39,431 nucleotides of DNA, from contig JANOQV010000241.1 in assembly GCA_031414955.1 (NCBI GenBank), positions 1 through 39,431 on the forward strand, in the 5' to 3' direction. Shown piece by piece: positions 1-7,507 of the stretch. The DNA is from Pedosphaera sp. (GTDB taxonomy: Bacteria > Verrucomicrobiota > Verrucomicrobiia > Limisphaerales > SIBH01). Position numbers and translations under genes: made by a program. The first letter of the stretch is position 1. The number at the start of each line of letters is the position of its first letter. The notes under the pieces were generated by a model. The model searched no databases. It was not told the origin of the DNA and saw nothing but the letters and a program-made list of their open reading frames with translations.

Positions 1-22
1 CCAGCCGCTCGCCAATGCACCC

Positions 23-234
23 AGCCCGGAGGGCTGGAACGTGAATAGCCCCGGGTGGGCGAGGCACGAGCCAACCCGGGGATCAGCGTGGCTGATGGAA
101 TCAACCCCGGAGAGGGTTGAATCGTGGCGCGTTCTTTTCTCGTCGGGTTCAACCCCATCCGGGGTCGTTCCCATCAACGGCGCGGAACACCCCCGGTTGC
201 ACCGGGGGCTATTCACATTGAAGCCCTCCGGGCT
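23..234. repeat. Nested palindromic (MITE/REP-like) element
   Basis: Outer arms AGCCCGGAGGGCTGGAACGTGAATAGCCCCGG (23-54) and CCGGGGGCTATTCACATTGAAGCCCTCCGGGCT (202-234) are imperfect inverted repeats. Inner inverted pair at 104-121 / 148-165. Several local hairpins. Confidence 0.8.
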
Positions 235-258
235 TCACACTCAGATGGAGGCCCGCGC

Positions 259-1239
259 GTGAACTGGTCCGACCTCCAGCCTTTGCTGAAGACCTTTCGC
301 TTCGCCGCGCCGTGGCTGTTGCTGCTGCTCCTGCTGATTCCGCTCTGGGCGTGGTTGCGGGGACGGTTCGCACCGGTGGCGGCGGTTTCGTTTTCGTCGG
401 GCGAACTGCTGCGCGCGGCGAGCAAGCAGGCGCGGTTCCGACGCAAGCAGTGGCTGGCGATGTTTCGTTACCTCGCGCTCGCGCTGCTGCTGCTCGGGTT
501 GGCGCGTCCGCAGGTCGAGAAGGGTTTGGGCGATGAGGACGCGAAGGGCATCAACATCATGCTGGTCATGGATTTCTCCGGCACCATGAAGACCAAGGAC
601 TTCATGATGGAGAACAAGAAGGTGTCGCGGTCGGAGGCGCTGATCAAAGTCATCGCCGAGTTTTTGCGCGCGCGGCCCAAGGACAAAATTGGCGCAGTGC
701 GCTTCGACATGGACGCCTTCCTCATCAGCCCGCTGACGCTGGATCACGACTGGATGATCTCTCGCCTCAAGGACGAGAAGCCCGGTCGCGGCACGGCGCC
801 CGGTTCGGGATTGTTGATTGCGGCGGAACATCTTCTACCCGCGACGAATCAGACCAAGGTCATCATTCTCATCAGTGACGCGGAACAGGTGAACGCCGGG
901 CCGCCGCCGAAGGATGTGGCGAAGGAACTCGCGAAGCTCAGCATCAAGGTGCATTTGATTCAGGTCGTGGACTTCAAGGACATGGGGATGCTGCGCCAGG
1001 ATCGCGAGAACGAGATGGTGCAGGTGCCGAAGCTCACGGGCGGCCAGTCGTTTCAAGTCGCGGACTTCGCCGGGCTGCGCAGCGTGTATCAGCAGATCGA
1101 CAAATTGGAGAAGGCGCACTTCACCGAAGGCAAGCAGAAGAGCTATCGCGAACTGATGTCGTGGTTCGCGGCGCCGGCGCTGGCGCTGTTGCTGTTGGAA
1201 TTGCTGTTGCGCCAGACCGTCTGGAGGCGGCTGCCATGA
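259..1239 (+). CDS. vWA-domain membrane protein, BatA-like
   Basis: N-terminal TM segment FAAPWLLLLLLLIP, LARPQ motif, MIDAS-like DFSGTM, SPLTLDH, C-terminal TM helix. Start placed at GTG 259 after GGAG, because the ORF-track start at 124 runs through the palindromic element. Confidence 0.85.
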   Translation: MNWSDLQPLLKTFRFAAPWLLLLLLLIPLWAWLRGRFAPVAAVSFSSGELLRAASKQARFRRKQWLAMFRYLALALLLLGLARPQVEKGLGDEDAKGINIMLVMDFSGTMKTKDFMMENKKVSRSEALIKVIAEFLRARPKDKIGAVRFDMDAFLISPLTLDHDWMISRLKDEKPGRGTAPGSGLLIAAEHLLPATNQTKVIILISDAEQVNAGPPPKDVAKELAKLSIKVHLIQVVDFKDMGMLRQDRENEMVQVPKLTGGQSFQVADFAGLRSVYQQIDKLEKAHFTEGKQKSYRELMSWFAAPALALLLLELLLRQTVWRRLP

Positions 1240-2276
1240 AGTTCGCCGTGCTTTACTGGTTGCTGGCGGCGGGGCTTCTCATCCCTGCGTGTGTTCTCAT
1301 CATCCAGTGGGGCGCGCGGCGCAAGCGCGCGATGCTTGACCGCGTGATCGCGTCCCGATTGCGCGAGCAATTGCTGCGGTCGGTGGACTACGGCAAACGG
1401 AAGTTTAAGACCGGGCTCTGGCTCCTGGCGGTGGTGTCGTTGCTCGTGAGCCTGGCCCGGCCGCTGTTCGGTCATCGCGAAATCAAAGTCGAGCGGCCGG
1501 GCGTGGACTTGATGATCGCGCTCGATATTTCCAAAAGCATGCTGGCTGAGGACGCGGTGACCAACCGCCTTGCCGCCGCCAAGTCCGCCATCCTGCGCCT
1601 GCTCGACCGGCCTTCCGGGGATCGTGTTGGGTTGATCGCCTTCGCGGGCGAGGCGTTTCTCATGACACCGATCACGCAGGATCATCAGGCGGTGGTGCGC
1701 TCGCTCGAAGCGTTGAGCACGACGGCGACTTCCAAGCCGGGCAGCGACATCGCCGCCGCGCTCAAGCTGGCGGTGAAATCCTTCGATGTGAAGCAACAGT
1801 CGGGCAAGGCCATCGTGCTGATCAGTGACGGTGAGGAATTGCAGGGCGACGCCATTGTCGCCGCGCGCGAAGTGGCGACGAAGGGCGTTTCGATTTTCAC
1901 CGTCGGGGTCGGCTCGACGACGGGCGCGCGCATCGCGGACCGAACTCCGCCGCGCAACAATGACCGCCCGCAGTTCGACGTGAAGTACGCGAAGAACGAG
2001 TTCGGCCAGGAAGTGGTGTCGCGCTTGAACGAGCGCGTGTTGCAGCAAGTCGCCGTGTCAGGACGCGGGTTTTACGTGGCGCTGGGTGATGAAGGGCAGG
2101 GGTTGCTGACCATCAGTGAGCGCGGCCTGGCCCCGCTGGCGCGCGGGACCGAGGTCCGCCAGTCGAAGGAGATGCGGGAGTTTTTCCAGCTCCCACTCGG
2201 CCTGTGCGTGGTTTTGCTCCTCTGGGAAATGCTTGTGAATGAACGGAGAAAAGGTCAGAAAGCAACAACCGTATGA
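1236..2276 (+). CDS. vWA-domain membrane protein, BatB-like
   Basis: ATGA overlap with the previous stop. LARP motif, MIDAS DISKSM, DRVGLIAFAGEAF, ISDGE, C-terminal TM helix. Confidence 0.88.
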   Translation: MKFAVLYWLLAAGLLIPACVLIIQWGARRKRAMLDRVIASRLREQLLRSVDYGKRKFKTGLWLLAVVSLLVSLARPLFGHREIKVERPGVDLMIALDISKSMLAEDAVTNRLAAAKSAILRLLDRPSGDRVGLIAFAGEAFLMTPITQDHQAVVRSLEALSTTATSKPGSDIAAALKLAVKSFDVKQQSGKAIVLISDGEELQGDAIVAAREVATKGVSIFTVGVGSTTGARIADRTPPRNNDRPQFDVKYAKNEFGQEVVSRLNERVLQQVAVSGRGFYVALGDEGQGLLTISERGLAPLARGTEVRQSKEMREFFQLPLGLCVVLLLWEMLVNERRKGQKATTV

Positions 2277-3844
2277 AGACTCAAATCATCACCGCGCTGC
2301 TTCTCAGCACCACGCCGCTGTTCGCCGACTTGCATGAGGCGAAGGCACTGATGAAGCAGAACCAGCCGGGCAAGGCCGGTGAAGTGTTGCGCCAGTTGCA
2401 GACGCAGCAGCCGGCTGATCCGTGGCTCGCCTACAACGCCGGCGTGGCGGCTTACGCCGCGAAGGATTATTCGCAGGCCGACAAAATCTGGCAGGAACTG
2501 GCTGCCAAGCCCTTGCCCAACAAGCTGCGCGATCAGGTCTGGACGCAGATTGGCAATGCCTCCTTCCGCCTCGGTGAGCCAATGGAAACCTCCGCGCCCG
2601 AGCAGGCGCTGACGCAATGGCAGCAGAGCCGCGAAGCGTATCGTGTTTCGCTCATCGCGCAGCCCAAGGACAAAGTGGTGGCGAACAATCTGGCGGTGGT
2701 GGAACGCAAGCTCGCCAAGCTGCATGCGCAACTGGCGAAGAAGCTGGTGCAGGAGACGCAAAAGGAACGCTCCAACCAGAAGGCGATTGAGAAGCTGGAA
2801 GCCGCGCTCGATCACCAGCGCACCGCGCAGAACCTCGCGCCCAAGGACGAGGAGATTAAGCAGGACCAGAAGAAGATCGAACAGGCGCTGGCGGAGAAAT
2901 ACACCGCCAAGGCCACCGAGTTGGAGAAACGCGCGGACAACGCGCTCGAAAACAAGAACGCGAATACCTGGCAGCAGAAAGAGGCCGAGAAGAATTTAAC
3001 CGCCGCGCTCACCGATTTCGCGCAGGCCAAATCGCTCGACGAAAAGAACCAGGAGGCCAAGGAAGGCGAACCGCGCGTGCAGGACAAGCTGGCCAAGTTG
3101 CTCGCACAACAGGGCGAGAAGCTGCACGAGGAAGCGAACAAGGAAGCCGACCGCCAGCCCGAGCAAGCCATCGCGAAAATGGAGCGGGCGCTGGACAAGT
3201 TTGACGAGTCCTTAAACCTCAAGGCCGAACAGCCGGAGACGAAGCAGGAGCAGGCGGAGACGAAGAGCGATTTGGAAAAACTGCTGGAGAAACAGGGCGA
3301 CAAGCTGGCCGAGCAGGGCGAGAAGAACGCCGAGAAGCGCCCGGCCGAGGCCGCCGAACAGAAGATGGCCGCGCTCGCCAATTATCAGGAAGCGCAGGCG
3401 TTGAATCCCGAGAACGCGGGATTGCAGCCGAAGATCGATGCGCTCGAAAAAGGCTTGCCTGAGTTGCTGAACGCCCTCGGCGAACGCGAGCAACAGCGCG
3501 CCGCACAGGCCGAGCCGAAATCCACCGAGCAGGCCGTGGGACATCTGGAGCGCGCCGCGACCGCGTATCAACTGGCGCAGGAGATCGCGCCCGATAACCA
3601 GCCGGCGCAGCAAGGCGCGGAGCAGGTGATGAGCAAACTCGAACAGTTGCGCGCCCAGCTCGCCGCGCAACAGGCCCAGCAGGCGCAAAAGCAAAAGTCC
3701 GACAAAGACCAGCCCGGCCCCAGCTTTCAGCAGATGCTCGCCAAGGTGAAATCCGACGAGAAGCAGAAGCAGTATGAGCAGGCCCGCCGCACCCCGACGG
3801 AGAAATACTCGCCCGAGCAGAACCGGATTTTCAAAAACTGGTGA
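2273..3844 (+). CDS. Secreted TPR/coiled-coil protein (BatC-like position)
   Basis: Signal peptide, YNAGVAAY and GNASFR TPR-like helices, Q/E/K-rich helical repeats, ends in KNW. ATGA-coupled to the BatB-like gene. Confidence 0.8.
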   Translation: MKTQIITALLLSTTPLFADLHEAKALMKQNQPGKAGEVLRQLQTQQPADPWLAYNAGVAAYAAKDYSQADKIWQELAAKPLPNKLRDQVWTQIGNASFRLGEPMETSAPEQALTQWQQSREAYRVSLIAQPKDKVVANNLAVVERKLAKLHAQLAKKLVQETQKERSNQKAIEKLEAALDHQRTAQNLAPKDEEIKQDQKKIEQALAEKYTAKATELEKRADNALENKNANTWQQKEAEKNLTAALTDFAQAKSLDEKNQEAKEGEPRVQDKLAKLLAQQGEKLHEEANKEADRQPEQAIAKMERALDKFDESLNLKAEQPETKQEQAETKSDLEKLLEKQGDKLAEQGEKNAEKRPAEAAEQKMAALANYQEAQALNPENAGLQPKIDALEKGLPELLNALGEREQQRAAQAEPKSTEQAVGHLERAATAYQLAQEIAPDNQPAQQGAEQVMSKLEQLRAQLAAQQAQQAQKQKSDKDQPGPSFQQMLAKVKSDEKQKQYEQARRTPTEKYSPEQNRIFKNW

Positions 3845-3846
3845 TC

Positions 3847-3888
3847 CTTGGAGCGCGGATTGGCCGTCCGCAGGACGGCCCGCCCAAG
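3847..3888. repeat. Degenerate GGAG-type REP-like hairpin
   Basis: CTTGGAGCGCGGATTGGCCGTCCGCAGGACGGCCCGCCCAAG begins GGAGCGCGGA like the REP at 10772 and contains the stem GGCCGTCC/GGACGGCC. Confidence 0.45.
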
Positions 3889-4110
3889 AGTAAAATATTT
3901 CCCGATGGTTTTCGATCATGCCGCCAGCTTTGTAATTGCGGTTCGACCGTGGCGGTGGGGTTCAGAGGGCGTGCCCGCCGCTTTCGGTCACTTGTAAACA
4001 TCTTCCCTGATTTCGTCTTCGCCCCTCTCGCACCCCTCGCAGATGATAGCGTCCGTGGAGTAAATCCAGCACTGCATGTTTGCTGGAGTGGACCGGCTCT
4101 GCTCAGTGTT

Positions 4111-7100
4111 TCAGCGCCTCATCAAGGTTGCATCGTGGTTTAACAACGCTTGTGCGAGCACCGTGCCAGCGGCCAGGTCGATGCGATCCAATCCTTTGGC
4201 GTGGCGGGCCTCGCCTACGGATAGAAGGCTTTCCGCAGCTTTCGGATCCGCGGTGAAAAGCTCGTGCTGTTCTTCGAACAGCTTTTTCAGCACGGTGATT
4301 TCGTTCGGCGTGGGCTTCCGATGCGTGACCATTCTGAACATCCAGGTCGTGCGTTCCTCCAACGAAGTGCCGCCTTCCTGCAACATGCGTTGGCTCAAGC
4401 GGCGTGCCGCCTCCACGATCTGTACGTCGTTGAGCAGAGCCAACGCTTGCAGTGGCGTGCTCGTGTTCTGCCGACGGACGGTGCAGTAGCTCCGATCTGC
4501 AGCGTCGAAGGTCATCATGGCCGGTGGTGGCACGGTCCGCTTCCAATACGTGTAGAGGCTGCGGCGGTGCAGGGCGGTGCCTTTGCCCTGATCGTATTTT
4601 GGTTTGCCCATGGCGATGTCCCACAATCCATCGGGCTGATACGGCTTTACGCTGGGGCCGCCGATCAGTTCCACGAGCAAACCGCTTTCGGCCAGCGCGC
4701 TGTCGCGCAACATCTCCGCCGTGAGCCTCCGGGCCGGGCCGCGGGCCAGGAGTTCGTTGGCCGGATCGCGGGAGACCAGTTCCGAGCTGGCCTTGGAGGA
4801 CTGACGGTAGGTGCTGGAGAGGGCTATGTTCTTGAGCGCGCGTTTCACGTCCCAGCCGTTGCTGGAGAAATCGAGCGCCAGCCAGTCGAGCAGTTCGGGA
4901 TGCGTCGGCTGCGCGCCCTGGCTGCCGAAGTTGTCGCTGGTCTCGACGAGGCCGCGCCCGAACATCATCTGCCACAAACGATTCACGGTCACGCGGGCGG
5001 TGAGCGGATGGTCGGGTTGCAGCAGCCAGCGCGCGAGTCCGAGCCGGTTGGTGGGCTGGCCAGCGGGAAAAGGCGGCAGGGCTGCGGGCGTGCTCGCGAT
5101 GACGGCTTCGCCGTGCGCATCATACGCACCGCGCTTGAGGAGGTAGGCCGGCTTGGGCTGCGGCAGTTCCACCATCGTCATGATTTCAGGAATCGGCTCG
5201 ATGAATTTGCGCAACTCGTCGCGCAGCGCGTGCAACTCTTGAAGCTCCTGCTTCTGGCGCGGACTGAACACGGCTAGAAACCAGTCGAATACTTCCTCAC
5301 GCTCCTTCGCGGTGAGCTTGTCCGCGGGCGTGCTGAGAATGCGGCCGAATTCCTCGCGGCCCGCCACCTGCCGGGCTTCGAGTGCGGTGAGGGTGCGGTC
5401 GAAAATTTTCAGGTCATCCACCTTGCCGTTCTTGAAGCCGTTGTCGCGGAAACGATTGCCCAGCGCGAGTTCCGGTTCACCACCGCCGTAGGTGATGTCC
5501 TTGGCCAGTCCGTCGCGGATGATTTCCAATTCGGCGAGTTCACCGTTGATGAAGAGCTTGGTGCCCGCTGCCTGGCTCGAACCGTCGTAGGTCGTGGTTA
5601 TATGAACCCATTCGTTCGTTGGCAGCGCGTTCCTCGTCGTGACCTTGAGCGAATTGCCCGGCCACATGTGATGCAGGCCGAAAGCGACGCGGCCCTCTTC
5701 GAGCAGCAGTTCAAAGCCGCGGCTGCCGGCGTCCACGGGCGCTTTGCTGTGATGCAGCACCACGAAGCGCGGCGAGTGCGAGGGCGTTTGCAGCCAGAGC
5801 GAAAGGCTGAACGAGTCGGCGCGGTTGAAGTGGCCGAGCTTCCCAAAGGTGAAACCGTTCTCGCCGCTCAGTTCGACGGCCTTTCCGAACTTGCCCTCGA
5901 CAAGTTGTGGTCCTTCAACCGCCTTGGCCGAGTTCGAGCCGACGAGGCTCACGACTTTGTTGGAAACGATCTCGTCGAAACTGAAATGTGCGATCAGTCC
6001 CGGCACGCTCATGTTGGTGTTGCGGCCTGGCTCCGCCAGCCAGCCTGCGAACTCCACTCGTTGTGGTTCGCGCGCCATAGTCAGGTGCTGCTCCTGCGCG
6101 GCGATCTTGCCCCGAAGTTCGAGCACCTTCCGCTCCTGCTCGAAGGTCGGCAGCATCAGTGTCGGCACCGGCATGGAGTCCGTGAAGTAGCTCGTCTGCC
6201 CGGCCTCATCGATGTTCTGAAAGAAAGCGAAGAGCGAGTAGAAATCCTTCTGCGTGATGGGATCGTATTTGTGATCGTGGCAACGGGCGCACTCGGTGGT
6301 CAGACCGAGGAAGGCCGTGCTAAAAGTGTTCACGCGGTCCACCACATACGCCACGCGATATTCCTCCCCGACCACTCCGCCTTCCTCGTTCTGGTTGTGC
6401 AGGCGATTGAACGCGGTGGCCAGGCGCTGATCACGCGTGGCATTGGGCAGGAGATCACCCGCCACCTGCCAGGTGACGAACTGATCGAAGGGCAGGTTCT
6501 GGTTGAAGGCTTTGATCACCCAGTCGCGATAAGGCCACATGGGACGGAAACGATCCATCTGGTAGCCGTGCGTGTCGGCGTAGCGGGCGAGGTCGAGCCA
6601 GTCGGTCGCCATGCGTTCGCCGTAGCGCGGTGAGGCGAGCAGGCGGTTCACTACTTTCTCGTGGGCATTGGTGGAAGCGTCAGCGAGGAAGGCATCCAAC
6701 TCGGGCAGCGTGGGCGGCAGCCCCGTGAGGTCCAAGGTGACGCGGCGCAGCCATGTGTCATTCGAAGCTTCCGATGCCGGCGTCAACCCTTCCTTCTGCA
6801 ACCGCGACAACACAAATGAGTCAATCGGACTTTGGACCTTGGACGCCTGCTCGCGATTTATCGGAGTTGGACCTTGGACTTGCGGCACCACTGGCTGGTG
6901 TGGCGCGACAAACGCCCAATGCTGTCCCCACGGTGCGCCTTCTTCGACCCAGCGCGTGAGTAATTCTATCTGCTTGGGCGTGAGCGTGCGGTTCGAGTCC
7001 GGCGGCGGCATCTGGTCGTCCAGGTTCGTGGTGGTGATGCGCTTCACCAGTTCGCTCTCGAGACTCTGGCCGGGGATGATGATGGCGTCCTTCGTCCGCA

Positions 7101-7293
7101 GCGCGCCTTCCTTGGTATCGAGACGCAGCTTGGCTTTGCGGCCTTTCTCCTCCGGCCCGTGGCAGTGGTAACACTTGTCGGAGAGGATGGGCAGGATGTC
7201 GCGGCCATAATCCACCGAGGCCGCGAGGACTGAACTCACCGCGAAGAAGGCGCAGGCCGGGACGGCTGAAATGTTTTTTATCCAACGGTTCAC
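4111..7293 (-). CDS. Planctomycete cytochrome c + DUF1549 + LamG + DUF1553 (PSD1/PSCyt) protein
   Basis: Signal peptide, CYHCH and CARCH heme motifs, MPP, HWAF, WLDLARYADT, central LamG-like region (WVHITTTYDG...GKVDDLKIFD), PTHPELLDWLA, TPLQALALLND. Confidence 0.92.
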   Translation of the reverse strand: MNRWIKNISAVPACAFFAVSSVLAASVDYGRDILPILSDKCYHCHGPEEKGRKAKLRLDTKEGALRTKDAIIIPGQSLESELVKRITTTNLDDQMPPPDSNRTLTPKQIELLTRWVEEGAPWGQHWAFVAPHQPVVPQVQGPTPINREQASKVQSPIDSFVLSRLQKEGLTPASEASNDTWLRRVTLDLTGLPPTLPELDAFLADASTNAHEKVVNRLLASPRYGERMATDWLDLARYADTHGYQMDRFRPMWPYRDWVIKAFNQNLPFDQFVTWQVAGDLLPNATRDQRLATAFNRLHNQNEEGGVVGEEYRVAYVVDRVNTFSTAFLGLTTECARCHDHKYDPITQKDFYSLFAFFQNIDEAGQTSYFTDSMPVPTLMLPTFEQERKVLELRGKIAAQEQHLTMAREPQRVEFAGWLAEPGRNTNMSVPGLIAHFSFDEIVSNKVVSLVGSNSAKAVEGPQLVEGKFGKAVELSGENGFTFGKLGHFNRADSFSLSLWLQTPSHSPRFVVLHHSKAPVDAGSRGFELLLEEGRVAFGLHHMWPGNSLKVTTRNALPTNEWVHITTTYDGSSQAAGTKLFINGELAELEIIRDGLAKDITYGGGEPELALGNRFRDNGFKNGKVDDLKIFDRTLTALEARQVAGREEFGRILSTPADKLTAKEREEVFDWFLAVFSPRQKQELQELHALRDELRKFIEPIPEIMTMVELPQPKPAYLLKRGAYDAHGEAVIASTPAALPPFPAGQPTNRLGLARWLLQPDHPLTARVTVNRLWQMMFGRGLVETSDNFGSQGAQPTHPELLDWLALDFSSNGWDVKRALKNIALSSTYRQSSKASSELVSRDPANELLARGPARRLTAEMLRDSALAESGLLVELIGGPSVKPYQPDGLWDIAMGKPKYDQGKGTALHRRSLYTYWKRTVPPPAMMTFDAADRSYCTVRRQNTSTPLQALALLNDVQIVEAARRLSQRMLQEGGTSLEERTTWMFRMVTHRKPTPNEITVLKKLFEEQHELFTADPKAAESLLSVGEARHAKGLDRIDLAAGTVLAQALLNHDATLMRR

Positions 7294-7507
7294 GACCGGC
7301 CGAGAATACTTTTATCGCCCGGTGGCGGCAATGGACGAATGACATGGGGGCCGTATTGGGGCGCAGTTGAGCACGGCTTCCGACTCGTGTGCCCGCAGTT
7401 AGCCGCGGAGCGGCGTTGTCCTTGTCATGAAGCTCGTTCAGGTCGCTCAAATCCAGATTGCAAACGAGGCTTGGCGCGCTGTGCGTTTTCAGTCACGTTC
7501 CGTCCGT

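Noticed and set aside
124..258. N-terminal extension of the BatA-like ORF (also extensions at 17846-17956 and 38005-38184)
   Set aside because: These are translations of repeat DNA. Downstream starts fit the family N-termini better.
3988..4077. 29-aa minus-strand ORF with a CxxC motif (MQCWIYSTDAIICEGCERGEDEIREDVYK)
   Set aside because: Too short, no clear RBS and no recognisable family; cannot be supported from sequence alone.
7471..7487. Sigma-54 promoter (TTGGCGCG...TGC)
   Set aside because: GG-to-GC spacing does not fit GG-N10-GC.
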